From positions 1,792,001 through 1,856,000 of the forward strand of contig OZ219787.1 in the NCBI GenBank assembly GCA_964291285.2: a stretch of 64,000 nt of DNA, read 5' to 3'. A model generated the notes under the pieces. The model searched no databases, was not told the origin of the DNA, and saw only the letters and a program-made list of their open reading frames with translations. This DNA is from Alphaproteobacteria bacterium (GTDB taxonomy: Bacteria; Pseudomonadota; Alphaproteobacteria; Bin95). The translations under genes were made by a program, and so were the position numbers. This document shows, in pieces, positions 20,516 through 30,063 of the stretch (position 1 is its first letter; each line of letters starts with the position of its first letter).

Positions 20516-21610
20516 TCAAGGCACGATGCGCTCCCGGCGAAACTGCCGCAGGAGGTCGACCAGCATGTCCTCCGTGTCCATGCAGTCCTGGAAGCCGAAC
20601 TGCCGCGCCTTGATCGTGCTGACGACGGCCGGGTTCGGGCGCTGGCCGTAGCCGAAGATGAAGTCCGCGAACTGCCAGGACGGCACGATCTGCTCCAGCC
20701 GGTAGGGCCGCAGTCCGTGGCGCGCGACCATGGCGTCCCAGACCGGCCCCTTGTCCGCCATGACGCGCCTCAGCGAGCAGGGAAAGGGCTGCTCCACCGG
20801 CATCTCGAAGACTTCCGCCACGCGGGGCCACAGATTGTGCCAGACATAGCAGTCGCCGTTCGCGATGTTGAAGGCTTCGCCGCCGGCCGCAGGCGTCTCC
20901 CCGGCCCAGGCAGCGGCGCGGGCAAGCAGCCGGGCATCGGTCGCCTCCTGGATGCGCGGTTCGCCGCCGGGAAAGCGGAGCGGCATGCCGAGCTCCTTCG
21001 AGAGCGCTGCGTAGGCCGCCACGCAGGCAAGCGCGTTCATGTTGGAGCCGATGGCGACCCCGAAGACGACCTGCGGACGGAGCGCGGTCCAGCTCCAGCC
21101 GGCGCCGGCGGCCCGTTCCTTCAGCCAGTCTTTCTGGTCGTGGTAGAAGTTCGGTCCCCAGTAGCGCGGCTCGCGCTCCTTCGCCGGCGTCTTGAACGGC
21201 CCGTGATGGGTGCCGTAAGCCTTCGTCCCCTGCAACAGCGTGACATGCCGGAGGCCGGGCGAGGACGCCTCCACGGTCTCGACCGCATTGCGGAGCATGG
21301 CGAGGTTGGTCTCGGCATGGTCGGGGTCGCGCCAGCCGCTCGCAACATCGGCTTTTTCATGGACCGCGGCATAGACGATATGGGTGATGTCGCGAAGGTC
21401 CGAGAGCCCGGCTTCACAGGCGGCCCGGTCGCGCAGGTCGACGGGGCGGAACTCGGCCCCGGTCGGAAAATCGGGGGATCGCCGCGACAGGCCGATGACC
21501 CGCCAGCCCGGCAGCGCGTCGAAATGCTCCACCATGGCCCGGCCGACCGTGCCGAGCGCGCCGCAGACGAGCACGGTCCCCGCGGCCGCTTCCCCGGTCC
21601 CGCTAGCCAC
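20516..21610 (-). CDS. NAD(P)-dependent epimerase/SDR (PRISE-like)
   Basis: VCGALGTVG, GLSRR, LLQGTKAYG, PNFY; GTG start inferred. Confidence 0.85.
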   Translation of the reverse strand: MASGTGEAAAGTVLVCGALGTVGRAMVEHFDALPGWRVIGLSRRSPDFPTGAEFRPVDLRDRAACEAGLSDLRDITHIVYAAVHEKADVASGWRDPDHAETNLAMLRNAVETVEASSPGLRHVTLLQGTKAYGTHHGPFKTPAKEREPRYWGPNFYHDQKDWLKERAAGAGWSWTALRPQVVFGVAIGSNMNALACVAAYAALSKELGMPLRFPGGEPRIQEATDARLLARAAAWAGETPAAGGEAFNIANGDCYVWHNLWPRVAEVFEMPVEQPFPCSLRRVMADKGPVWDAMVARHGLRPYRLEQIVPSWQFADFIFGYGQRPNPAVVSTIKARQFGFQDCMDTEDMLVDLLRQFRRERIVP

Positions 21611-21634
21611 GCCGCTGCAGCCCGCCTGCAACGG

Positions 21635-22057
21635 CTATGCGATGATGTCCGCCGCGTATTCCTCGGCAGCCTGGCGCGTTACCTCGATGAATTTCTTGGT
21701 CCCGAGCACGATGGCCTTTCTCGACACGCCGCCGTTCAGGAAGATGTAGTAGTCGCAGAGCAGCAGGGAGGCGTCCTTGGTGACTGCCGCGCGGGTGATG
21801 ATGTAGCGGTCGTTTATCAGGTTGACGCATTCCAGCTTTTTCCGGAGCGGCACATTGTCTTTCAGCGGAAAGAGCACTGCGAGATGGATGGCGTCCTGTT
21901 GGCTCGGCAATGTCGCGATGCATTTCAGCCCGCTCTCGGTAATGACGGAATCCCCGTCGCCGTCCTGCTCGCAGTCCATATAGGCCGCGTCGTAGAGGGT
22001 GTGCAGGAAATCGCGATTCAGGATCTGGGGCGTCACAAGGTCGTCGTACATCGCCAT
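21635..22057 (-). CDS. Hypothetical protein, YbjN/type III chaperone-like
   Basis: 140-aa acidic ORF (MAMYDDLVT...); family assignment tentative. Confidence 0.55.
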   Translation of the reverse strand: MAMYDDLVTPQILNRDFLHTLYDAAYMDCEQDGDGDSVITESGLKCIATLPSQQDAIHLAVLFPLKDNVPLRKKLECVNLINDRYIITRAAVTKDASLLLCDYYIFLNGGVSRKAIVLGTKKFIEVTRQAAEEYAADIIA

Positions 22058-22364
22058 CGTCCGGCGCCCCATCCGGTTCCGGGCTCCCAGAGGACCGGAC
22101 CATATGCGCCCGGTCGGTCGGGCGCAAGACGGATGGGGGCGCACAACCGGGTGCGCACCGCGCAGACGCCGGCATGTGCGCGCGGACACGCGGCATGCGT
22201 CATGCCTCCATATCGTCACGCCCGGCAGCCAACGGTGTCGAAATGGGGCGAGGACAAACAAACATCGTCACCCCGGCCGCCGAATCTGGACCGGACAGCA
22301 GTGGCTCGGGGGCGGGATGATGGTTGGGGGGATCGATATTTTTACTTTTTGTTCCCGATACCGC

Positions 22365-22393
22365 TTGACATAAGAGAAAATAAACTTATATAG
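22365..22393 (+). promoter_or_regulatory. Putative sigma70 promoter in an AT-rich patch
   Basis: TTGACA at 22365; TATATA/TATAGA 16-18 bp downstream. Confidence 0.45.
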
Positions 22394-22655
22394 AAGCCGG
22401 AGAGGCGGCATCCGGAGCCGCTTCCTGGGTGCCGCGCGGCCGGCGGCGCCAGTTTCGAAAAACCCCTGAGAAACCCACGGGAGACGTGCGCCCGCCGCAT
22501 CGCGCGCGCAATCAGGTGCGCGAACCGCGCCGGCGCAATCGCGCGCCCCCGCGCCCGCGCGAAACGCGCGCGGCAAAGCGAGAGCCGCTCCCGGGTCGGC
22601 AAGGAGACTGGAATGACCGCAACCGACCCCCGCCCCGGAGACCGCGCCCGAGGTG

Positions 22656-22720
22656 CGGACCATGACAAAACATGACATCCCGCAGCCGGACCATGACAAA
22701 ACATGACACATCATGACATC
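22656..22720. repeat. Phased CATGACA heptamer array
   Basis: CATGACA at 22661, 22671, 22692, 22702, 22712; 22-bp direct repeat CGGACCATGACAAAACATGACA at 22656 and 22687. Confidence 0.9.
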
Positions 22721-22940
22721 CCCGCAGGGTCCCGGAGCTTTTGGACAGGGGCGGGGCGCCTGCGCGTTCTCAACTGGCGGTGCCGGGCCGGGAGAAGGGC
22801 GGCTCACGACCGGAAGGATGCCCTCCCGGTCCCGGGCGATCGTCCTGCGGAGCACGCTGTGATGTCCGGTTTGCGACGGTGCTTGTGGAACCCGCCGCAA
22901 ACCGGCAGGATAAGGAAGGAACGAAAGGGAGGGACCCCGA

Positions 22941-24110
22941 ATGAACCTGCGTATGCTTGCCGCGGCGGCGGTAGTCGCCGGTATGGCGGCTCCGGCCTTT
23001 GCGGCCGACCTGCCCAAGACCGTGACGCTCACGGCCTACGGCACCACCTCGTCCGGCTATGCCCAGTCCATCGCCATCGGCGCCATGCTCAAGCAGAAGC
23101 ATGATATCGAACTGCGCGTGATCCCGGGCAAGAACGACGTCTCGCGCATGATCCCGGTGAAGAGGAAGCGGGCGCATCTCTGTGCTTGCGGCATCTCTTC
23201 GTACTTCAATCAGGAGGGCGTGTTCATGTTCGGCTCCAAGGACTGGGGGCCGATGCCGATCCGCAACCTCTACAACAACACCAAAGGCCCGCACGGGCTG
23301 ATGCCGGTTGCGGCGGGCGATGCGGGAATCAAAACCGCCGCCGACCTCAAGGGCAAGAATATGGCGTGGGTCAAAGGCGCGCCGGCGCTGAACGTCAACC
23401 TCGAAGCGTTGATGGCGTTCGGCGGCGTTACCTGGGATGACGTCAACAAGGTCGAATTCCCCGGCTGGAAGCAGGCGGTGGACGGCGTGATCGGCGGCCA
23501 GGCCGACGCGGTTATGGTCTCTACCATGTCGCCGCATGTGAATCGCCTGATGGCATCGCCGCGAGGCAACTGGTGGATCAGCCTGCCGGCCGACGACAAG
23601 GAAGGCTGGGCGCGCTCCATGGCAGTGGCGCCCTGGTGGAACTACAACCGCGTCACGCTCGGCATCGGCCTTGAGAACAATATCACCGGCGAGAAGGGGT
23701 TCGACGGCCAAGTCTATCCCTATCCGATCGTGATCGGGCTCGCGGGCGATCTGTCCGACGACTTCACCTACGCCATGACCAAGGCTGTCATGGAGGGCTA
23801 TGAAGGCGAAGGCGGCTACGGGACGCTGAAGGGCACCCAAGGCTACCAGCTTTCCGAGCAGAACCTTACCTGGGTGTTCCCCTATGCCGCCGGGTCGATC
23901 CGCTACTACAAGGAAGCCGGCCGCTGGGGCGCTGCCGAAGAAGAGTACAACAACGGGCTTCTGAAGCGCCAGGACGTGTTGATCGGCGCGTGGAAGACCT
24001 ATTACGCGGCGAACAAGGACATGGAAGACGATGAGGCATACCTGGCCGGCTGGATCAAGGCGCGCGGAGATGCGCTGAGGGCGGCAGGCATGGACGCACC
24101 GTTCTCGTGA
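22941..24110 (+). CDS. TAXI family TRAP transporter solute-binding protein
   Basis: Signal peptide, TAYGTTSSGY, ADLKGK; adjacent fused permease. Confidence 0.88.
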   Translation: MNLRMLAAAAVVAGMAAPAFAADLPKTVTLTAYGTTSSGYAQSIAIGAMLKQKHDIELRVIPGKNDVSRMIPVKRKRAHLCACGISSYFNQEGVFMFGSKDWGPMPIRNLYNNTKGPHGLMPVAAGDAGIKTAADLKGKNMAWVKGAPALNVNLEALMAFGGVTWDDVNKVEFPGWKQAVDGVIGGQADAVMVSTMSPHVNRLMASPRGNWWISLPADDKEGWARSMAVAPWWNYNRVTLGIGLENNITGEKGFDGQVYPYPIVIGLAGDLSDDFTYAMTKAVMEGYEGEGGYGTLKGTQGYQLSEQNLTWVFPYAAGSIRYYKEAGRWGAAEEEYNNGLLKRQDVLIGAWKTYYAANKDMEDDEAYLAGWIKARGDALRAAGMDAPFS

Positions 24111-24223
24111 TCCTCCGTGGCAGGAAACTGCCGACCTGAACCGGAAACTGACCCGCCATGCACCGCGCATGGCGGGTCCTTCCATGACCCGAACCAGGCT
24201 TGCGAACCGAAGGCTTACTCACC

Positions 24224-26254
24224 ATGACACAGCCCGAGCGGGAGACGGCGCTCAGTCGCGAGGCGGGAGAAGCGGTCGAACGGGCCGAGGCATCGGTCAG
24301 CCGCCACCGGGAGCTTGGACCGGTCTGGATGGCCATTCTGGTCACGGCGTCCAGCCTGTCGGTTCTGGCTTCGATTTACTTTATTTTCAACATCCATCTG
24401 ATGATCGATGTCGAAATTTTCGGGGAAGAAACCGAATATTATTACTTTATGTTTGCCATGCTTTTGCCGCTGGTTTTTTTACTTTACCCGCCTTGGAAAG
24501 ATGTCGGACCGATGGACAGGGTCCCATGGTACGACATATTGCTTGCGTTAATCGTGTTCGCCGTTTCGCTCACGTTCGCGGCGCACGGCGAGGAAAACCT
24601 GCTTGAGGGGTGGGAATACGCCGCGCCGGAATGGGCGGTCTACGCCTCCTATTTCATGTGGCTGATGGTGCTGGAAGCCACCCGCAGGGCGGGCGGCATG
24701 CCGATCTTCGTCATCTGCCTCGTCGTCTCGCTCTACCCGGCGCTCGCCGAACATGCGCCCGGCTTCCTCGAAGGCCAGTCCGAGACGCTGGAAGTCACCG
24801 CCAGCTTCCACATGTTCGGCACGGAGAGCGTCATGGGCATCCCCATGCGCGCCTTCGCCTCGCTGGTGGTCGGGTTCCTCATCTTCGGCGTGGCGCTCCA
24901 GTTCACCGGCGGCGGCGCCTTCTTCCTCAACCTCGCCTTCGCCCTGCTCGGGCGCTTCCGCGGCGGGCCGGCCAAGGTGGCGATCTTCTCTTCGGGCCTG
25001 ATGGGCTCGATGAGCGGCTCAGTCATCACCAATGTGCTGACCACGGGCGCGCTCTCGATCCCGGCGATGAAGCGGGTCGGTTTCCGGCCGGCCTATGCGG
25101 GCGGCGTCGAGGCGTGCGCATCGACGGGCGGCGTGCTGATGCCGCCGGTGATGGGCGCCACCGCCTTCATCATGGCGACCTTCCTGGAGATTTCCTACGC
25201 CGTGATCCTGGTGGCGGCGATCATCCCCTCGCTGCTCTACTATTTCAGCCTGTTCATGCAGATCGACGCCTATTCCGCGCGGTTCGGCCTCGAGGGCTTG
25301 CCCAAGTCCGAAATGCCGAAGGCGCGGCAGGTCATGCGCGACGGCTGGCACTTCATCTTCGTGCTGGCGCTGCTGATCGTCATGCTGCTGGTGATGCAGC
25401 AGGAAGCGCAGGCGCCCTATTACGCCGCGGCCCTGCTGATCGTCATCAACCAGGTGCGGGCGCACGACCGCTGGAACCTTGAGCGGTGCAAGCAGTTCCT
25501 GATCGGCATCGCCAAGCTGTTCACGGAGCTTGCGGGCATTCTGGCGGGCGTCGGTCTTATCATCGGTGCGCTGATGCTGACCGGCAAGGTCGGCAACCTG
25601 TCGCTGGAGCTCGTCACCCTCGCCGGCGATTCGATCTTCGTGCTGCTGGTGATGGGCGCGCTGACCAGCTTCATCCTCGGCATGGGGATGACCGTGACCG
25701 CGGCATACCTGTTCCTCGCCATCGCGCTCGCGCCCGCGCTGACCGCCAGCGGACGCCTCGACCTGCTCGCCGTGCACCTCTACATGATGTACTGGGGCAT
25801 GATCTCCTTCATCACGCCGCCCGTCGCGCTCGGCGCCTTTGCGGCCGCGACCGTTGCGCGCGCCAACCCGATCACCACCGGCTTCGAGGCGATGCGGCTC
25901 GGCGCGATCATCTATTTCGTGCCGTTCTTCTTCGTGCTGAACCCGGCGCTGATCGGCCACGGCACGACCGTTGAGGTCATCACCGTCTGCGGGCTTGCCT
26001 TTGCCGGCGTCATCCTGATTTCGGGCGCGCTGCAGGGCTACCTGATCGGCATCGGGACGCTCACCGGCAATCCGTTTGCGGCATGGCCGATCCGCTTCGC
26101 GCTGTTCCTGTCCGGCCTGTTGCTGGCCCTGCCCGGCGGCGAGCTTACCGGCTACACGCACACGCAATTGCTGATTGCCGCTGCAGTCCTGGGAGTCCCC
26201 GCCGCGAGCGCGGCATGGCTGCTGAACCGGCGCGCAGCGGAACAAGCGGCTTAG
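24224..26254 (+). CDS. TRAP transporter fused 4TM/12TM permease
   Basis: GGPAKVA, ASTGGVLMPPVMGA, SFITPPVA. Confidence 0.93.
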   Translation: MTQPERETALSREAGEAVERAEASVSRHRELGPVWMAILVTASSLSVLASIYFIFNIHLMIDVEIFGEETEYYYFMFAMLLPLVFLLYPPWKDVGPMDRVPWYDILLALIVFAVSLTFAAHGEENLLEGWEYAAPEWAVYASYFMWLMVLEATRRAGGMPIFVICLVVSLYPALAEHAPGFLEGQSETLEVTASFHMFGTESVMGIPMRAFASLVVGFLIFGVALQFTGGGAFFLNLAFALLGRFRGGPAKVAIFSSGLMGSMSGSVITNVLTTGALSIPAMKRVGFRPAYAGGVEACASTGGVLMPPVMGATAFIMATFLEISYAVILVAAIIPSLLYYFSLFMQIDAYSARFGLEGLPKSEMPKARQVMRDGWHFIFVLALLIVMLLVMQQEAQAPYYAAALLIVINQVRAHDRWNLERCKQFLIGIAKLFTELAGILAGVGLIIGALMLTGKVGNLSLELVTLAGDSIFVLLVMGALTSFILGMGMTVTAAYLFLAIALAPALTASGRLDLLAVHLYMMYWGMISFITPPVALGAFAAATVARANPITTGFEAMRLGAIIYFVPFFFVLNPALIGHGTTVEVITVCGLAFAGVILISGALQGYLIGIGTLTGNPFAAWPIRFALFLSGLLLALPGGELTGYTHTQLLIAAAVLGVPAASAAWLLNRRAAEQAA

Positions 26255-26301
26255 GGCGGAACCCTTTCGGGTTAGAACTGCTTCGTTCGTAGAGCACCAA
26301 C

Positions 26302-26406
26302 CGTCACCCCGGTCGGAGCGCAGCGGAGAGCCGGGGTCCATCTCCCGGTGTTCGCACCAGGCCGAACCGATCGAGGTTGGGCCCCGGCTCGCAGGCCGGG
26401 GCGACG
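26302..26406. repeat. Inverted pair of REP-like palindromes (BIME-like)
   Basis: CGTCACCCCGG...CCGGGGTCCA (26302-26340) and GGGCCCCGGCTCGCAGGCCGGGGCGACG (26379-26406). Confidence 0.65.
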
Positions 26407-26576
26407 AATGAGGTCAAGACCGGATACTACCCGGCAAAGGCGGTCGTTCCAGTTGGAAGGGATCGTGCTCCAGGGCGGTGCCGCGCCTCATACCGGCGCG
26501 CGCAATGCGGGAGTCATGTCCTGGGGGGTGTTCTTTTCCGCCCTCCCCCTGTCTCGGTGTTTTTTCCTGAGTGGGG

Positions 26577-26609
26577 TTGCATTTTTCGCAGTATGTTCTA
26601 TATTGGTTC
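26577..26609 (+). promoter_or_regulatory. Promoter overlapped by alphaproteobacterial LexA (SOS) box
   Basis: GTTC-TATATTG-GTTC at 26595-26609 matches GTTC-N7-GTTC; TTGCAT (26577)-16 bp-TATATT (26599). Confidence 0.7.
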
Positions 26610-26819
26610 CAAACCAACCATTCGAGGGAACCGGAAGAGGCCATGACCTGACGGTGAAAGCGGCGGTGCCGCTCCTGCAGAAAGCGAACGCGCGGTGGCC
26701 ATGGGGCGGCTGCACAACAGGGCAGGTGCGCGCGCCGGGCCGCGATTATTCATCGGAGTTCGAGTGTTGGCGGGGCCGGACGGCGCAATGTTCATCGCAA
26801 CGGGACGGGGAAGGGAGAC

Positions 26820-27260
26820 ATGAGGGATATGAAGGACATGACGGTGGTGCGCAGGCGAGGCCATGCGGTCGGCGAGCATCTCAGGCGCCGCGCGGTCGCG
26901 GCGGTGCTGGAGAGGGGGATGACCATGCGGGCCGCGGCGCGTCTCTACGAGGTGAGCGACAGCAGCATCTGTGTCTGGGTGCAGCGTTTCCGCGAGCGCG
27001 GCCATGTCCGGCCCGACAGGCAGGGCGGCGGCGGCGGCGTCTCGCGGATCGAGCCGGAGCGGGAGCGGATCTTCCGCATCCTGAAGGCGCGGCCGGCATT
27101 GTCCATCGACGGGCTGCGCAAGGCGCTCGCCGCCGAGGGCGTTACCTTCAGCTGGGCAACGGTGCAGCGCTTCCTGAAGCGCCACGGCCTCGAACGCAAG
27201 AAGCGTCTCGCGGCCGCAAAGCTCGTCCGGGATTCCCGGCCGCGCGGGGGCGGGCGGTAG
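26820..27260 (+). CDS. Stand-alone HTH protein homologous to IS630 transposase OrfA
   Basis: LRRRAVAAV...RAAARLYEVSDSSICVWVQRFRERG...ATVQRFLKRHGL.RKK; no DDE ORF follows. Confidence 0.7.
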   Translation: MRDMKDMTVVRRRGHAVGEHLRRRAVAAVLERGMTMRAAARLYEVSDSSICVWVQRFRERGHVRPDRQGGGGGVSRIEPERERIFRILKARPALSIDGLRKALAAEGVTFSWATVQRFLKRHGLERKKRLAAAKLVRDSRPRGGGR

Positions 27261-27301
27261 TGGCGGCGCCCCTCTTTCTTCCTTTCCGCCCGCCCCATCC
27301 C

Positions 27302-27538
27302 CCTCATCCTGAGTAGCGACCGCGTCAGCGGGCGCGTATCGAAGGGCGGCCCCGTCCGGGACAAGTTCGAGACAGGCTCCTTCGACAGACTCAGGACAGG
27401 TTCTTTCGTCACCCCGGACTTGATCCGGGGTCCAACTCCGGCTCTCTCGGCGGGCACGGGCGGCCCAATCCCGTCTCGAACGGCTAGCGGCGGACGCAGA
27501 CAGTCCGGGATGGCCCCCGGATCAAGTCCGGGGTGACG
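27302..27538. repeat. Cluster of alphaproteobacterial REP-like palindromes
   Basis: CCTCATCCTGAG...TATCGAAGGG; CTTCGACAGACTCAGGAC; inverted pair CGTCACCCCGGACTTGATCCGGGG (27407) / CCCCGGATCAAGTCCGGGGTGACG (ends 27538). Confidence 0.75.
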
Positions 27539-27665
27539 TTTGAGGCAGGCCGAGGCTGTTTCCCGTCGGACGGGCAACGAAACGCCCGACAAGTCCGATT
27601 TCTTCACACGCCCGCAAGCGGGGGGGGGAGGTTTCCGGCGGCCGGCGGCATCGGGTCCGCCGGTA

Positions 27666-27839
27666 TCAGCCGGATGCGGCGACGAGGCCGACGATGAACC
27701 CGATCACGCCGATGACGGTGATGACGGCTCCGCCGACCCTGGCCTGGAGGCCGTCATCCGCCCCGAATCCGATCCGCATGGCGACGATGCCCAGTATCGC
27801 GACCAGGGCGGACATGACCAGACCGAGTGCGGTGCCCAT
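27666..27839 (-). CDS. 57-aa small membrane protein (not in ORF track)
   Basis: MGTALGLVMSALVAILGIVAMRIGFGADDGLQARVGGAVITVIGVIGFIVGLVAASG; AAGGA RBS upstream; GC-rich third codon positions; two hydrophobic segments. Confidence 0.7.
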   Translation of the reverse strand: MGTALGLVMSALVAILGIVAMRIGFGADDGLQARVGGAVITVIGVIGFIVGLVAASG

Positions 27840-27862
27840 CGGGTGTTCCTTTGCCTTGCGCC

Positions 27863-28717
27863 CTACTGCGCCGACATGCCCCTGAGCCGTTCGGAGCGTC
27901 GCCGCAGCAGTTCGACGGTGGTCAGCAGGCAGATCGAGATGACCACGAGGATGGTCGCGACGGCGAGGATCGTCGGGCTGATCTGCTCGCGCAGGCCGGT
28001 GAACATCTGCCAGGGGAGTGTCTTCTGGCCGGCGGAGCCGACGAACAGCACCACGACCACCTCGTCGAAGGAGGTGATGAAGGCGAAGAGGCCGCCGGAG
28101 ATCACGCCGGGCAGGATCAGCGGCGCCTGCACCTTGAAGAAGGTCCGGACCGGATTGGCGCCGAGATTGGCGGCGGCGCGCGTCAGGCTCCGGTCGAAGC
28201 CGACCAGCGTCGCCGTCACCGTGATGATGACGAACGGGATGCCGAGCGCCGCATGGGCCAGCACGACACCGACATAGGTGCCCTGGAGGCCGATGCGCGA
28301 ATAGAAGAAATACATGCCGGCCGCGGAGATGATGAGCGGCACGATCATCGGCGAGATCAGCACCGCCATGATCGCGCCCCGGAACGGCACATGGCTCTGC
28401 GACAGGCCGATGGCGGCGAGCGTGCCGAGGCTCACCGAAAGCAGGGTCGCGACAGGCGCGATCCGCACGGAATTGTAGAGCGCGTTCTGCCAGTCGATGT
28501 TGGTAAAGAAGTCGTTGTAATTCACCATGCTGTAGGCGTCGGCCTCAAGAGCCAGCATTCCCGGCGTGAAGGTGAAATAGGGAAGCGGGTTGAAGCTGAG
28601 CGGGACGATGACCAGCAGGGGGAAGATCAGGAAGAAGAAGACGAGCACGCAGATGGCCCGGAAGCCCCAGTACCAGGCCTTCTGGCCGGTCGATGCATAT
28701 GGCGGCAGTGCGGCCAT
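27863..28717 (-). CDS. Polyamine-type ABC transporter permease (PotC-like)
   Basis: ISPMIVPLII, AAANLGA, FAFITSFDEVVV. Confidence 0.93.
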   Translation of the reverse strand: MAALPPYASTGQKAWYWGFRAICVLVFFFLIFPLLVIVPLSFNPLPYFTFTPGMLALEADAYSMVNYNDFFTNIDWQNALYNSVRIAPVATLLSVSLGTLAAIGLSQSHVPFRGAIMAVLISPMIVPLIISAAGMYFFYSRIGLQGTYVGVVLAHAALGIPFVIITVTATLVGFDRSLTRAAANLGANPVRTFFKVQAPLILPGVISGGLFAFITSFDEVVVVLFVGSAGQKTLPWQMFTGLREQISPTILAVATILVVISICLLTTVELLRRRSERLRGMSAQ

Positions 28718-28722
28718 GTCCG

Positions 28723-29991
28723 CTATCCCAGCTTCACATTGTCGATGCCGACGATCCGGTCGTAGAGCCAGTAGAGGACCAGCACGACCACCAGCAGGAT
28801 GACGCCCAGCGCCGCGGCGAGGCCCCAATTGAGGCTCGACGAGATGTGGTAGGCGATCCGGTTGGAAATGAAGGTGCCCGAGGTGCCGCCGACCAGTTCG
28901 GGCGTGATGTAGTAGCCGATGGCGAGGATGAAGACGAGGATCGAGCCGGCGCCGATGCCGGGCACGCTCTGCGGGAAATAGACCCGCCAGAACGCGGTCC
29001 AGTCCGTTGCGCCGAGCGACTTGGCGGCGCGCATGTAGCTCGGCGGGATCGTGCGCATCACCGAGTAGAGCGGCAGGATCATGAACGGCAGCAGGATATG
29101 CGTCATCGCGATGATCGTGCCGGTCTGGTTGTTGATCATCGCCAGCCGCCCGTCATCGGCGACGAGGCCTATGAAGACCAGCGTGTCGTTGATGACGCCC
29201 TGTTGCTGAAGCAGCACCTTCCAGGCGGAGGTGCGGACCAGCAGCGAGGTCCAGAACGGCAGCAGCACCAGGATCATCAGCATGTTCGAGGTGCGCATCG
29301 GCAGCGTGGCCAGCAGGAACGCGACCGGGTAGCCGATCAGCAGGCAGGCGACCGTGATGACGACGCTCAGCAGCAAAGTGCGCTCGAACAGGAAGATGTA
29401 GATCCGTTCGTTCTCGGGCCTCGCCTCAATGCCGGTTGCGCCGAGCTTGGCATCGACGGCGTTGAGGAAATAGCCGGACGTGTAGGCGCTCGAAAACCGC
29501 TTGATCGTGGCCCAGGTCTCGGGATCGGCCCAGCTTTTGTGGATCTTGGCGAACTGCGCGGCGAGGTCGCCGTCCTCCTCCATCCTCTTGACCCGCCGCC
29601 CGGTCTTGCGCAGCAGGCTGGCGACTCCCGTCTGCTCGTAGTTGAGCCGGGAGCCGAGCTTGGTATGCGCCTTGGCGGCGACCGCGGCGAGCAGGTCCTG
29701 GTGAAGAGCGGCGAAGACCTTTTCGCCCGGCGGTTGGCCGGAGGCGTCGTCCCAGTCCTCCAGCGCCGCGACGGTGAGCGGCAGCGTATCCGGCACGATC
29801 GCGTTCTCGACCGAACGGAACAGCATGTCCGCGATCGGCGCTGCGAAGGTGACCAGGATGAAGATCAGCAGCGGCGCGATCAGCATGAGCGCGCGCAGCT
29901 TCTGCAGGCGGAGCGCGCGGGCGAGCGACTGCCTCAGCGGCCGGCCGTCTGCCGCCAGGATCGGCCCCGAGACGTTTTCGCCGTTCGCCAT
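28723..29991 (-). CDS. Polyamine-type ABC transporter permease (PotB-like)
   Basis: LLPFWTSLLVRT, HILLPFMILPLY, AAKSLGA. Confidence 0.93.
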   Translation of the reverse strand: MANGENVSGPILAADGRPLRQSLARALRLQKLRALMLIAPLLIFILVTFAAPIADMLFRSVENAIVPDTLPLTVAALEDWDDASGQPPGEKVFAALHQDLLAAVAAKAHTKLGSRLNYEQTGVASLLRKTGRRVKRMEEDGDLAAQFAKIHKSWADPETWATIKRFSSAYTSGYFLNAVDAKLGATGIEARPENERIYIFLFERTLLLSVVITVACLLIGYPVAFLLATLPMRTSNMLMILVLLPFWTSLLVRTSAWKVLLQQQGVINDTLVFIGLVADDGRLAMINNQTGTIIAMTHILLPFMILPLYSVMRTIPPSYMRAAKSLGATDWTAFWRVYFPQSVPGIGAGSILVFILAIGYYITPELVGGTSGTFISNRIAYHISSSLNWGLAAALGVILLVVVLVLYWLYDRIVGIDNVKLG

Positions 29992-30029
29992 TGGACCCCG
30001 CGCGCCCTCTCTCGAAGGCCGGAAAGGGT

Positions 30030-30051
30030 GGAGGGGCCCCGGGGCCCCTCC
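30030..30051. terminator. Perfect 22-bp palindrome between binding-protein and permease genes (partial terminator or mRNA-stabilising stem)
   Basis: GGAGGGGCCCCGGGGCCCCTCC. Confidence 0.55.
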
Positions 30052-30063
30052 TTCAGGACGCCT

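Noticed and set aside
22268-23104. ORFs in the intergenic region before the TAXI gene
   Set aside because: Low-complexity Arg/Ala/Gly translations with no convincing RBS or family motifs
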